From Antechinus flavipes (Eukaryota), in NCBI RefSeq assembly GCF_016432865.1, contig NC_067399.1:124496001-124560000 (forward strand): a stretch of 64,000 nucleotides of DNA, written 5' to 3'. The position numbers and the translations under genes are program-made. The notes beneath the pieces are model-generated. The model was not told the DNA's origin and made no database searches. It saw only the letters and a program-made list of their open reading frames with translations. How positions within the stretch are numbered: the stretch's first letter is position 1; the number at the start of each line of letters is the position of its first letter. Positions 11,291 to 25,154 of the stretch are shown here, in pieces.

Positions 11291-14047
11291 TCATTCATTC
11301 TTGCATCAAAATTATTTTTAGTTCCATTTAAGCCCAGTCTCTCTGAGATTTTATCCAAAGAATTAACTCTATTTCATTTTTCCATTGTAAGGATGCATAG
11401 ACACCCAAACTGTTCCTCTTTTAGTCATTTTCTCTTGCTTTAAGAGATTTTTTCACTTCTTTGTAAAACTTTAATTCCATGTCATGTATATATATAATTT
11501 CTTTATTGACCATATAACCTGAGTTAATGTAGATCACATTTCTTCCATGATTTAATAGACAATATCATGAACTGAAATGGATGGAAAAATACATCTTTCA
11601 GTGACCTGATGTAAATTTCTTTGTACTTAGCTAGATAGATCTTCAAATAAAAGACACATAGTCTATACTGAGATCATTCTCAAAACCTTTCCAGCTTGGT
11701 AGGACTGGTCATAATTTGTCTGCTTCATAACTTTGAAAACCCATTATCACTTCTGACACCATGATGAAGTATTAAAAAAAGAGATTTATGGAGTACTCTA
11801 ATATCACTTCCAACTTCCATCCCTATAACCCTTTAAGGAATCACCTCTCTCTTGGTAACAATTCTCTAGTTCTATTAGCTACAATTATCTTCTCCTCTCT
11901 GGTTACTTTCCATCTATTTTGTATGTATCATGTATATGTCTATTTATTCACATATTGTCTCCACCATTAAAAAGGAAGTTCTTTGAGATCAGGAACTATT
12001 TTTAACTTTTTGTATCCTTAGTGCTTAACATAATGCCTGGCATATAGTAAGGACTTTTAAAAATACTTATTGATGGATTTTTTTTTTTGCTTTAGTGAGA
12101 CTTTTCCAGTATCAGTACTAGCATGATTATTTGCATCTCTAAAACCAAATTCATCTGGTTTCCACTCTCAATCCTAAGATTTAGGGGAGAAGCTTTGTAA
12201 TTTTTATAACAGTCTCAAAAACTATTATCTCACTCCCAAATTATACCTTGTATTTAGCCCCTTTATGTGCCTATAGATAAGTCTGGCCTTATCTATTTAG
12301 TCTAACTGATTGTACTTGTGGCTGGAAAGCTTGGAGCTCTTGCTTCAAAGAATATTATGTCTGCCAAACTAACCAAAGAAGCAATTAAGTGAAACAGCAG
12401 ATAGAGTGCTGAGTTTGGTATCAGAAAGATTTGACTTCGTAACCAACTTCAGACACTTTCTAGCTTTATTGTGTGACTTTGGGCAAGTCATTTATCCCTG
12501 GTCTGCTTCAGTTTTCCCACCTGTAAGTGGGGATAATAATAGGGCTATTGTGACATATAGTGTATGCTTAATAAGTTCTTGTTTCCTTCTGAACACAATC
12601 CTTTTCTCTCAGAATAACCTGTTTGATATTGATGATTAGCTTGACAATTAATTCAACCAAAATACCTTCCTTTCCCCAGTCTTTTACACTGTCCAAATAT
12701 TATCACAGCCCTCTACTTACTGACCAGTAGACATAATTCACTTAAGGCACTTTTCAGGCAGAGAAAGAATTATCTCAGAGAGAAGTGAATGATATAAAAA
12801 CACAAGAGAGTAGAAAAGTCCAATTTTCACTTTATTATGCTGCTCAGCACCATGCTTACTAGTTCCTAAATCGAATATTATGGTGAGCTATATTTTCAGC
12901 ATTAGCTTAGCTCCATAAAAGAATAAAGTATAAAATCAAAAATGGCAGGGAGAAAGCAAAATAGCTCTGCATTTTCTATTTGAAAGCTTTTGACCAATAG
13001 ATCTTTTTTATTTTATGTTATTTAAGTTCTTTACAATTCAAGGTGCTCTGATTTGTATATTGAGTTGACCAGAAATGCAGTCATCTAGGAAACAAGAAAC
13101 TCAGAAAGTCATTTCTCTTCTGATTCACAAACCTTTCTTTCAAAACATTTATTATTTTTTCTTTTAAAATTTAATTTTAATTTGTCAAAAAAATCTTTTT
13201 TTCTTTTCTTCCTGAACTCTCTCATTAAGAAAAAAATTGTATGAAAAGCCAAACACATTTTCTCATTAACTCTGTGTTAAAAAAAATTTTCATGTTGTAT
13301 AAGAAGGTGAATATCATACTTCATTATCCATCCTCTGGAAACAGTGGTTGGTAAATAGCGTTGATTGGAAAATAACATATTTACTAATTTATATTAATAT
13401 GATTTACTTACTGCTTTCCCACTTGCTCAATAAATTCCAGATGATGTCTTCTGTGGCCATTATAGGTAAATTTTTATTTGTAGGGCTAGGAGGGGCTCTT
13501 AGTTTGAGTTAAATAGAAAGAAATAAGAATTCAGTTATCATGTGAAAAGAGTTTAACAAATAATTCTTTTAGACCAAAACCCAAATTACAAAAGTTTTTT
13601 TGCTGTTGTTTTCTTAGACTGGAATTCTCAGATTGAGAGATAGTATGCTACAGAAGAAAGATCAATAAAGAATCTGGAGAAAAAAAAAAAAACTTAAGTT
13701 TGGTTCCCATCCCTGCCATTTACTACTTTACTACCTGTAAGACCCAAAAGAAATTAATTAACTTATCTACTTATCTTGGCTTAAATTTCCCATCTTTAAA
13801 CTGGGAGAATTGTTCTAGAGGACCATGGAAGTATTTTCCAGCTCTAAATATATAATCCCATGAATCTTGAATCTTGGCAAGCCTCTTCTGGTAGTATGTC
13901 AAGACATTGAATTTAAATAATTAATATTAGCTTATTTTAATTTAAAATAGGTAAAATTCATTTCACTCTTCATGGTGGGAGGAGTGAAACAACAAGGAAA
14001 AACAAAGAAGAAAAAACAAAGATAATTTTAGTTTTGAGGAGGACGGT

Positions 14048-14529
14048 TGTGAGACAAACATTTTACCAAGAATTCTGCAGACTTATTGATAAAGCCAGGA
14101 AAAGATTTTTATTCATGATCTTACAAAAACAGATGTCTAAAAGCATAGATAATTAGAAACACTAAAACATAATTTTATACCCTGTTTCCAAAATGCCAAG
14201 TCCCTCTAATTCCCCACTGACTGAGAACTACAGAGATTACAGGAATGCAGAGCACTTAATTCCCTTATGTGAGTGTGACCCCTTAATTACATATTCCTTT
14301 GGCATTCGCCTTATTTGGACATAGTTTGGTGCCTCCTTGATACCACATTGGCTGGGTGCTATAGAGGTTACAGCCTATCCAGAGCATCTAATTCCCCCAC
14401 ATGATTCTTCACATCTAATAAATCCCCTCTTGACATTTGCTTTATTTGGACATAGCTCCCCACAAATGATCATTTGCATGTTCTCTGTCACATATGCATT
14501 TACAAATTTGGCCCTTGGCTACCTTTACA
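14048..14529 (-). mobile_element. Probable solo LTR
   Basis: On the minus strand it starts TGTAAAGGTAG and ends ..GTCTCACA, with AATAAA ~65 nt from the 3' end and internal direct repeat 'ttatttggacatag' x2; no clean TSD found. Confidence 0.55.
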
Positions 14530-16019
14530 CTGACTAAAGAGCCATTCAAATAATGTTAAAGGAAAAAGGTAAAAACAACTGCAACTGCATTTTTTGTGGT
14601 AGCAAAGAACTATAAACAGAGTTTTATTTCAATTCAGGGGATACTATACATGTATATTGTGATACATTCAGAAAAGTATCAGAAGACTTATATGAACCAA
14701 TACAGAATAAAATAAGCAGAATCAGGAAAACAATGTACATAATGACTAGTATGGCTCTATTCTTGTTCTTTCCAAAAAAAAAAAAAAAACATCCTGGAGG
14801 CAACCAGGTAGTCTAGAGTTAGAACTCTGAGCCTGAAGTCAGAAAGAATTGAGTTCAAATATCATTTCATACACTTATTATTTGTGTAACCTTTAGCAAG
14901 TTAGTTAACTTCTGTCCATCTCAGTCTCATCAACTCTAAAGTGAAGTAAATAATGGTACCTCCCTTCCCAGGTTGTTGTAAGGATCAAATGATATAGTAG
15001 CTGTAAAATGCTTAACACAGTATCTGACACATAGAAGCTATCACTCCTCCATATGTGTTCAATGCATTAATATTAAAATATATGGATAAAGGATATCTCT
15101 CCTCTATATTTGTATCTCCATTACTTAATAGATTGTCTGATATATAATTAGTACTTAAGAAATGTTTTCACTCATTCATTCAATGTAAGTGCAGAAAACA
15201 AAAAACAAAATAAATGTCTGAATTCTCTAATTATAATGCCTAAGCCTAACTTGACAGAAAATGAAGATGGACTTTAACTACAGAACATTGAAGACACTAT
15301 AAGATTGTTGATGTATTTCTTAGTTTTGTTGAACAGCTCTAGATTTTTTTGATTTTGTTTTGTTTTTGGTTATATTTTGTTACTATCTCCTTAGTCACAT
15401 TCAACAGAGTCTTAGTTTTAATGTAAACCATTGAGATACGTTTACTGTGAAGAGACTTCAAGGTGACATTTGTTCTACCAAATCAAATGCTTTCTTAAAA
15501 ATCAATAAATAATAGACAAGGTGGGATTATGCATTCACTACACTTCTCTCTTAGATGCTTCAGGACAGCAAGTTCCCTTGCATATACTTCATCAATTCTT
15601 CAAGGAGCCAATATTTCCTTAGAGGGATTCATGAGGTCTGCCTCACTGCCTGCACTACTGATAATAAATTATCTTGAGTATCCATGGATAAAAATTTCCT
15701 TCTGAAGAAGTGAAAGATCTCAGGAGAATTAAAATTACAATTAACCTATCCAAGATATGTAAGAACAAAAGTCATTCTTTAATAAATAATTGATCTAAGA
15801 ATATCAACAAATAGTTCTCAAAAGAAAAATTGTAAATTGTTATTAACCATATGAAAGAATTCTCCAAATTACTAATAATAAAAGAAATGAAAATCAAAAC
15901 CATCTTGAGATTTCACCCGACAACCAGAAAATTGGCAGCGATAGGAACAGTAAAGGTGAAGGAGTTGTAGAAAGACAGGCACATTAAGAGAGGTATTTTT
16001 GTTGGATTTGTGAATTAGT

Positions 16020-16200
16020 TATTGTTCAGTCATTCAGTTATGTCCAACTTCATGACTCCATGGACTTAACAGGGTTAAAGTGACTTGCCCAAGAACGTAA
16101 AGGTAGTAAGTGTCTGAGGTCAGAGTTAAACCTAAAGTTGAACTTAGGTCTCCCTGATTCTATATCCAGCATTCTATAAATAAAAATGTTCTCCGATATA
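16020..16200 (-). mobile_element. MAR1-type SINE fragment
   Basis: 'ttgttcagtcattcagttatgtccaacttcatgactccatggac..agggttaaagtgacttgcccaag..gtaagtgtctgaggtcag'. Confidence 0.7.
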
Positions 16201-16789
16201 TAACCTTCCTATGGGTGATTTCAGTTGAGGAAAGATTAATATCATAGGATGATGATAGTAACAACAATATAATTAGTATTTATAATATTATTAGTAATTA
16301 GCAATATAACATTATAAATTTTGCAAAGCACTTTATAAAATATTATCTCATTTTATCTCAACAACAACCCTAAAAGGTAAGTACTATTCTTAATCCCCAT
16401 TTTAAAGAGGAGGATACAGATGCAAAAAGAATATGTTATCCAGAGTCACATAGCTAGTAAATGTATGAGCCTAGATTTGAATTCAGGTCTTCCTGACTCT
16501 GAACCCAGTGTTCTGTCCCTTGTATTACATAACATCAAACACCTAACTCCAAAACTAAAATATTTGCCTAGTACTGAGGACAATGGCATTCTGCTGGCCT
16601 TTTCTCTGGCCAGAAATCCTTAGATAAGTGTCCTGCCCTGCCTCAGGACTTTAGGGCCAGAGACTATTGTTGGTCACTAGTTTTCAAGGTCTCTCACATC
16701 TAGCATTAAAATGTAGAGACTTGTATACATACACTAAATGTATAAAAACAGATAAGGATATCTGTGAGATTGCCTGACACTATATATTG

Positions 16790-18032
16790 ATCATCCTCTT
16801 CTTTATTTTCTCTTCTCTGTGTTTTCAAACACATTTTATCCTGATTCTCTTCCTACTTATATGACCACTCATATTCCTTCTTAGTCTCCTTTGTTGGGTT
16901 ATCCAGGTCATGTATATTAACCAACCATGCCCCACCTCTCTCTTCCCTCTGCCTTAAGGCTTTATCTTGTGCTCTTTACTCTTCTCCCTCTGTATTATCT
17001 CTCTTGGTCATCTCATTAACCCTATGCAATTATCAACCCTGTACCAATGATTCAAAGGTCTACTTATCCAGCTCTAATCACTCTCCTAAGATCCAGATTC
17101 CCATCTCCAACTACCTACTGGATATCAATAACAGATGTCGTATAGAAATCTCAACATGTCCAACATTGAATTTATTACCTTCCCCAAAAACTTTTCCTTC
17201 TTTTTAACTTCCCTTTTACTCTTAAATGTGGGTACCACAATCCTCTGGATAATCTAGACTTGTCACTAAGGTATAATCCTTGACTTTTCATTCTAACTAC
17301 TCTGTGTTTGAATTGTGGCCAAGGTCTATGGATTTTACCTTCTCGGAATCTCTTGTATATATTCTTTTTCCCCCTCTGATATTGCCACCACTCTGGTGAT
17401 GGCAGACTCATCATTTTATCCCTGCCTTTTGTTTGGCTTCCTACCTCCTCTCCTTCTACTCCAGTCTATCCTTCAATAAACTATGCAATTAATCTTCAGA
17501 AAGTACAGATCTGACCAAGCTCTGCATCCCCATAAATGAATGATTGCCAATGGCTTCCTCATACCTGTAGGAGCATATATCAAATTCTCTGTTTGACATT
17601 CAAAGCTCTTCATAACCTGTTCCCCTTCACCTCCCACATACTCTGTTATCCAAAGACACTAACTTTCTTGCTGTTCCTCAAATAAAACACTCCATGCCTG
17701 ACTGGTCCTTTTCCCTGAATTACTCCTATGCCTGAAATGTCCTCCTTTCTCATCTCTGCATTCTGGCTTCCTTGGCTTTTTTCAACATACAGCTAAATCT
17801 CTTTCCACAAGAAACCTTTCCTGATTCTCCCCCAACCAAGCCAATGCCTTCCTTCCTTTGATTCTAATATAGCCTGAACATGTCATGTTTGATCACAATT
17901 GTTTACATGTTATTTTCTCCATTATATTGTGAAATCCATGAAAGCAGAATATGTTTTTTCCTTTCTTTTCACCCCCAGCACTTGATATAGGGCTTGATAC
18001 ATAATAAGTACTTAATAAATACCTGACTGACT
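16790..18032 (+). mobile_element. L2 LINE, ORF2 C-terminal region and 3' end
   Basis: Degenerate L2 RT motifs (17004 ORF 'NYQPCTNDSKVYLSSSNHSPKIQIPISNYLLDI' resembling YHLYADDSQIYISSP..ISNCLLDI) and L2 terminus 'gcacttgatatagggcttgatacataataagtacttaataaatacctgactgact'. Confidence 0.8.
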
Positions 18033-19059
18033 TCAGTCTTCTGGCTCAAAGAATATGAACATTTTAGCCACTTTAATAACTCTTTCTTTCAACCACAATT
18101 TGGCTTTTCTCCTCAATATCTTTCTCTATTTTTTTTTGTTTAATACCTTCCTTTATTACCAATCTCCTCAGGCACAAATATTTGTTCATATTCTGTAAAT
18201 ATAAATACTTTTAATAGTTACCCATGGTCTTTTAATTGTTTTTGTTAAAAATGAGGCAATTTAGTGTGGTTCTTATATTTGCTATTTTAGTTTTAGTTTA
18301 TTACCAAAATCAAAACTAAAAATATTAAAGAGAAAAATTATTTTTGATGTTATTATTGTGCTTTATAAAAAAAATTCCAACTACCAGCACTTCTTAGAAA
18401 CTTCTTTTAAAAAATTCTTTGCTTTGAAATTGTAAATACCAGAGATTACTCTTTTGTAGTAGTTTCTGTATTTTGTAGAGTTACGATAATAAAATTAATA
18501 GTATCAAACTTGGAACCAAAAAAGACACAATTTAATTATTATTCTTTCCTCTTGAGAGGATATAGTTTCCTAAGTAAGCAAAGATTACTAGATACTTTCT
18601 CACTCTAGATTCATAGTTTTGTACTGATCAATGCTTTATTGAGTTTAAAACCTTTCACTTTGCCACTGATTATTGCATTTACTCTGCACTTGGCTCTATT
18701 GTCTCTGTAACGTTTATGTGATCTTGAGCAAAACCAATTCACTTTTGTAGGTCTTGGTTCTCTTCTCTGGTAAATGAAGGGAAATTACTAGATGATCTCT
18801 AAGATTCCTTAAAGCTCTGACAGTCTGTGTTCTAAAGTTCCTTCTACCTTGGATATTTTATATTATGTGTGGTAAAGTGCTTTTAGGAATAACATGTTCT
18901 AATTCTGAGTGCCTTTGTGCAAAGATGCCAAGATTTTCTAACCATCAGAAAGCTATTTAATTTCTAGCCCAGTCAGGTCTGGCTCACTAGCTGCCTTCAC
19001 AGCTGGTCATGAATTATTTCTCATTTGGGAATATCAGTAAAGACCCAAAGACATTTTAA

Positions 19060-19600
19060 AAGGGCTGATCCAAGCATGCTTCAGCGACAGCAATAGCCAT
19101 TGCTCATTTTATATACTTGTGCCTGAATTGGATTTAAGTAAGGTGAAATGGTACAAAGTCATCAACTTCACTCATTTTTCCAGAGTCATCAAAGTCCAGT
19201 AACAAGTCAAAAATTGGGATGACTGGTGATGACTCTGGATTTAAGGGCATCTTTGATGTCTGACCAAGATCTAAGCATTTCACATTGCCTGCTTCAGCTG
19301 CCTTTGTGACTGTTGGAATAAACTGTTCTTACCCTTACATTCTGTCTGGGTAACTCTCCATATGCTTGTGGAAGATATTTCCCAACTCACAAGACAGGGC
19401 TGATCAATTACCCTTAACCTGGTTTAGCCCATCTGCTCAGAGGGTTTTACTGGGATGTGGCTGCTGTACATGCTATAGCTCCTTGGAGCCATAGGTGAGA
19501 ATTGGGATTAAAGGTAGACACCAAATGTAGATGAGCAACTTTGTAAAGGGCTCAATAAGCTCTTATATCAGAGGTATTAGTCCTCCCTGAACACCTCATA
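19060..19600 (-). mobile_element. RTE-derived SINE (RTESINE-like), near full length
   Basis: Reverse motifs 'gaattggatttaagtaaggt..caaagtcatcaacttcactc..ccagagtcatcaaagtccagt..ttaacctggtttagcccatctgc..gtcctccctgaacacc'. Confidence 0.75.
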
Positions 19601-20059
19601 AACTCACTTTTCACTAAATCAAGCATCATAAAAGCATCAGCTACACAGGGTTGTTGTGAGACTCAAATGAAATAATATTTATAAAATACTGAGCACAATT
19701 TCTGGCACACAGTAGCCACCTAATAAATTGCTTGTTCCTTCCTCCCACATGTCTCAGTTTCTTCATCTGAAGGAATTGGATTTGATTGCTTCTTCCAGCT
19801 CTAAATTTGTGAAACTATGATTATTATGTCCTTTTTGTAGATTAAAAAAACCAAGGCTTATAGTGTTTTTAAATAAAATAAGAACATCTTCATTTGAAGA
19901 TAAGAGATGAGTTATTTGCATCCTGATAGCATGACATAGGGGATAGCAATCCAACTTTGAAGTTAGGAAGACCAGACCAGTTCAAGTCCTCCCTCTGACA
20001 TATTTCTTGGGCCTTTTAAGCTCTCATGTATAAGCTTATTCTTTAAGAAAGATAGCCAG

Positions 20060-20945
20060 TAAGATGAGAGGAAAAAATAATGATGAATGTTGGAGGGGAT
20101 GCGGGAAAACTGGGACACTGATGCATTGTTGGTGGAGTTGTGAACGAATCCAACCATTCTGGAGAGCAAACTGGAATCAGGCCCAAAAAGTTATCAAACT
20201 GTGCATACCCTTTGATCCAACAGTGTTACTTCTGGGCTTATGCCCCAAAGAAATAGTAAAGAAGGGAAAGGGACCTGTATTTGCCAAAATGTTTGTGGCA
20301 GCCCTGTTTGTAGTGGCTAGAAACTAGAAATTGAATGGATGCCCATCAATTGGAGAATGGCTGGGTAAATTGTGGTATATGAATGTTATGGAATATTATT
20401 GTTCTGTAAGAAATGACCAGCAGGATGAATACAGAGAGGCTTGGAGAGACTTACATGAACTGATGCTAAGTGAAATGAGCAGAACCAGGAGATCATTATA
20501 CACTTCGACAACGATATTGTATGAGGATGTATTCTGATGGAAGTGGATTTCTTTGACAAAGAGACCTAACTCAGTTTAAATTGATAAATGATGGACAGAA
20601 GCAGCTACATCCAAAGAAAGAACACTGGGAAATGAATGTGAACTATTTGCATTTTTGGGTTTTTTCCTGGATTATTTTTACCTTCTGAATCCAATTCTCC
20701 CTGTGCAACAAGAGAACTGTTCAGTTCTGCAAACATATGTTGTATCTAGGATATACTGCAACATATCTAACATATATAGGACTGCTTGCCATCTAGGAGA
20801 GGGGGTGGAGGGAGGGAGGGGAAAAACCAGAACAGAAGCTAGTGCAAGGGATAATGTTGTAAAAAAAATTACCCTGGCATGGATTCTGTCAATATAAAGT
20901 TATTATAAAATAAAATAAAATATATTTAAAAAGAAAGAAAGAAAA
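20060..20945 (+). mobile_element. Young 5'-truncated L1 insertion with intact TSD
   Basis: L1 ORF2 C-terminus (CWRGCGKTGTLMHCWWSC..CPSIGEWLGKLWYMNVMEYYCSVRNDQQDEYREAW..) with a single in-frame TAG at 20325-20327; 3' UTR; A-rich tail; 12-bp TSD AAAGATAGCCAG at 20048-20059 and 20946-20957. Confidence 0.95.
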
Positions 20946-21569
20946 AAAGATAGCCAGACAGCACAATGGTTATGGCATTAGATCTGGATTCAAAACATCC
21001 TGAGTTTTAGCCTCACCTCAGATTCATATTAGCTTTGTGATCCTGGGCAAGTCAGTTAAATCTCTGCTTGCCTCAGTTTCCTCGCCTACAAAACAGAAAT
21101 GATAACAATACCTACCTCTCAGGGTTGTTGTGAGGATTAAATAATTGTAAAGTGTTTAGCACAGTGCCTGACATATAGTAAATGTCATTCAAATGTTAAC
21201 AGTGATCTGACGTCATCACTGCTAACATTTACATAACATTTACTATATGCCAGACACTGTGCTAAACATTTTATAATTACTATGACTATGATGACTACAA
21301 GTTACAGATAAAAGGAGTTACAAGACTTAAGAATTCTCCATACTTGTGAAATTATAAATCAATGCAAAAAAAAATGATAGCAAGAAACTTTGAAAGTCAT
21401 TATCTATATGATCCTGGGCATGTCAGTTTCCTTATCTGCAAAGTTTAAACTAATCAGTTAAGTGAACTCTAAGGCCCTTTTGGTGCTGAAATTCTTTGAT
21501 TCTATAATTCATTGTATAAGGAGTTTATTAAAGAAGTGATAAATTTGATAAACCTAGTAAGAAGTAATG

Positions 21570-21790
21570 GGCAACCAGGTGGCACCATGGATAGAGTGCC
21601 AGCCCTGCAGTCAGGAAGATCAGTGTTCAACTTAGCTTTACTAGTTGTATGATCCTGGGAAGTCATTTAAGCTCTCTTTGCATTAACCCACTGGAGGAGG
21701 AAATGGCAAACCACTCCAGTGTTTTTGTCAAGAAAACCTTATGGACGGTATGGTCCATGAGGTCACAAAAAGTTGGATATGTCTAAACAA
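21570..21790 (+). mobile_element. MAR1-type SINE
   Basis: 'gggcaaccaggtggcaccatggatagagtgccagccctgcagtcaggaagatc..ccactggaggaggaaatggcaaaccactccagtgtttttgtcaagaaaacc..gtccatgaggtcacaaaaagttggat'. Confidence 0.8.
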
Positions 21791-22938
21791 GAAAACAACA
21801 AAAAAATAGTATCATCCAGGGCAGTGAGGAATTTATTCCAAAGAAGCTCACTCATATAGCCAAACATTATCTTTGGACATTACTCTGAAAATTGTTCCTT
21901 TGTAAAGGAAGTTTTGAGCAAATTAATTTCCTCGGTAATATGATTCTAGAATTTCCCCAACTAGCCCCAAAAGGTAAGATTTCTCAATAGTAACAGTATT
22001 GGGGAGCAACAGTAATTCTATATTTGATTGGTTGATTCTGTACCTATGTCCTGTCATATTTTTGCTAATGTACTGAACATCAGTTGTCTATTTCTCTCTT
22101 CTTGCTTTCTCTGGACCTTCTGTGCTATGTGTATCACTTTACTAGTTTTGTTGCTTCTGACGGGCAATATTCACTGATATCAGCTTCTGACTTTTGGGAC
22201 CAACCTGCCAATCATATCAGCTCCAGTCTGTAAGAGTGTGGTAACTAGAAAGCCTTACTAATAGTCAGATCATGGTAAACTAGTAAGAAATCGTGACTAA
22301 GATGATTTAGGGTTAGAATTTTCTAAGATCCTCTTTTGCTTGATCTACAAATGAATTTGAGTCAAAACAAAATATAAGTAAAAAAGGTGAGATCACTTTT
22401 CTCAATTCAGATTACTCGTATTCTTGCCTTTAATATAGACACACACACACACACACACACACATATACCTGTGTGTGTATCAGCAACAAAATCATATTTT
22501 TATGCCTTATTTTAGTTTTAAAAATGTTGGAGATAATATCTAAGCAATATATGTTGGCTAAAGCTAATGTCTAAAACTAGGATCTCCCCTAAAAGAGGAC
22601 AAAGGTATGTAAACAAAATAGTCAATTGCACTGAACTCAGATGAAATAAAAAGTAACTTAAATATCTACTAGGATTTTTTTAATTGTTTGAATAAGATTG
22701 TTTTGAGAATTCCATTGTATATAACCTAGAAGTTACTGAGCTCTCACTTAATCTGTTGTTTCCTCCTTATTTTCATGGGATTTGTCTCCTCTAAATGGAC
22801 TCACTTTGCTGGTAGTCTGAGTGTATGTAAGAATGAATGAAAGAATGTTTAGAATGAGTGTATATTTTCATATATGTTTCTTATAACTAATAAAAATTCT
22901 TAGATAATAGAATGTTATTTAATATTTTACAATATTAT

Positions 22939-22964
22939 ATTTTATCAAAATATTTTGATAAAAT
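22939..22964. repeat. Perfect 26-bp AT-rich palindrome
   Basis: attttatcaaaatattttgataaaat equals its own reverse complement. Confidence 0.95.
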
Positions 22965-23289
22965 TTTATTTTATCTATTTTAGATCATTGTCTAACTCAA
23001 GAGTTTTGTTCATTTGACAAGAATCCTATTCCACCTGGAGTAATTTGAGGATATCAGTTGCAATTATACCACTTTGAGATAAGATCTATGAATAAAATAA
23101 GTTTAATAAACAGATATCTCAGTTTGTCATACTAGGGACTGATTCAGAGTTTATAAAGACTGTGCTAAAAGGGCATTGCCTATCTCCATTTCTGACACTA
23201 GAAAGGTATCATCTAATATATACTTACAGGGGAGATAAAAATAGCAAGAATAAAGAATGGCAGATAGATTGGACCAAGTTTTTAGAGGC

Positions 23290-23565
23290 AATCCATGCTG
23301 AGAATTACACAATTATGATGGCATTAAAAGATTATTATATTATGAGCAGGCTAATTTCAGCAAAGCCTGGAAGGATTTACATGAGCAGATGTTGACTGAA
23401 GTGAGCACAAGAGAACATTGTAAAGCAAGATTATGTGATGATCAACTATGACAGACTTAGCTCTTCTCAGTAATGTGTTGATCCAAGACAATATCAATAG
23501 CCTTGGGATGGAAAATGCCATCTGCATCCAGAGAGAGAACTATGGAGACTGAATGTGAATAGAAG

Positions 23566-23597
<32 letters not shown>

Positions 23598-23825
23598 CTT
23601 GTGGGTTTTCCCCCTTTTGTTCCAATTCTTATTGCACAACATATATGGAAATATTTTTAAAAGGATTGTATGTGTATAATCTATCTCACATTACTTACTG
23701 TTTTGGAGAAGGAAGAGGGAAAGGAGTAAGGGAGAAAATAATTTAGAACACCAAATCTTATAAAAATGAATGTTGAAAACTAAATTTACATGTATTTGGG
23801 AAAATAAAATACTATTGAGAAAAAA
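23290..23825 (+). mobile_element. Older L1 3' fragment
   Basis: 'tttcagcaaagcctggaaggatttacatgagcagatgttgactgaagtgagc..gggatggaaaatgccatctgcatccagagagagaactatggagactgaatgtgaat' with internal poly-T (23567-23588) and a G-rich 3' UTR end. Confidence 0.8.
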
Positions 23826-24219
23826 GAAATGGGATTATTAAAGCTGCACAGAGTTATGGGAGGGAAGAGATTATTATATTTATTAATATATTCAGAAAAC
23901 ATGCTAGATTTGGTCATGATAGAATAAAGGATTCTAGGCTAGTCTAGTGAGAGGTGGCTCTTGGTTCTTGGCTCCTAATTAACCAAACTCTTCAAGTAAT
24001 GTTGGGTCCAAGTTTCAAGGCAACTCCTTATATTAAAGGTCATGACAACTTCAGAATCAGGACACTTCAGATATTTTATAGGAAGAAAAAAGATCCTGCT
24101 TAGGTGGGGCCAATAACCTAAGAAAAGGGGTTTATGAAGCAAATGAGGTATGAGGAAGTAGAGGCTTCAAGCTTAAACCATACTTCTTGACAATGAAGCA
24201 GTAATACAGAAAATCTCAG

Positions 24220-24460
24220 ACTTGGATAAGACAGAGGTCTTTCTAGTTTATAATCTGAAGTTGATCCCAAATCGTCTCCTTGGCATGCTTGAAAAGTGGT
24301 CATCCAGCCTTGCTTGAAAAACTCTATTGAAGGATATCAGTGACCTCCAAAGGTAATCTATTCCTTCTATTCCAATCTATTTTGAATAGTTCTAATTATC
24401 ACATTGGATCAAAATATGCCTCTTTGTAACACTGTTCCCAGTTCTTCCCCTTGAGGCCAA
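24220..24460 (-). mobile_element. L3/CR1 3' fragment
   Basis: 'aagtggtcatccagccttgcttgaaaaactctattgaagga..gtgacctccaaaggtaatc..tttgaatagttctaatt' resembles the reverse CR1/L3 3' region. Confidence 0.55.
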
Positions 24461-24506
24461 AAAAAAAAAGTCAAATTGAAGAGGGAGCAAAAACTGATCC
24501 TTTTAT

Positions 24507-24982
24507 TGAAGCTGTGTTCCCTTTAAGATTCCCTTTATTGTGCCCCCTTTTTTGATCTGAGAGATAAGGATCTCCCAGGCTCCAAGGGTTCTAAAGAAGT
24601 CCTATCCTCCCAGGATGAGAGAAGTAACACTATTCAAGGACAAATCACCTCTCATTGATCTTTTTGAAATTCTAAATTCTCATTCTATTGAGAAATCCTG
24701 GTCTGATCAGCTCAGGCTACCCCAGCCCCCCACCAAGATGCCCATATAGCAGGCTTCCTTCAGCTCAGCTCCTTGCAGAAGGTCCAAGCAATTTGCTAGG
24801 ATCCTGCCCTCTGAGCACTCAGCATAAGATTCTATCTCCCTAATAGGTCTCTGCCACTATAGAAGTCAATCTCTTAGCAAACTGGTTTCTATCCAACAAT
24901 AAACTTTCATTTTGCAATTAATAATTTGGAAATAAGTGAATTCTTTTTTAAATCTGTGGCCCATTAAAAGAGCATTTTAACA
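24507..24982 (+). mobile_element. Probable solo LTR
   Basis: TG start (tgaagctgtgttccctttaag), U3-like body, AATAAA at ~24898, ends ..ttttaaCA; no TSD identified. Confidence 0.45.
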
Positions 24983-25154
24983 ACTCTCTTATTGCCACTA
25001 ACTTCATTATCACTGGGAATTGAGGGGATTCTAACCTTATCATTTTTGGTTCCCTGACTGGGAATCAAAGGAAGCCAAACCTCATCAATGAGGTTTCCTA
25101 CATGATTGCTCTACAAATACTTGATATGAAGACAATTACAATGCCTTTTCTATA

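Noticed and set aside
10922-11443. Overlapping RETE/LSLS-rich ORFs (also at 41784-42227 and 47866-48337)
   Set aside because: Translation artefacts of GA/TC low-complexity tracts.
20064-20537. ORFs with WW/CPSIGEW motifs (also 4981, 45224, 45379, 46694, 53994, 61323)
   Set aside because: All are C-terminal fragments of L1 ORF2 in 5'-truncated copies, not host genes.
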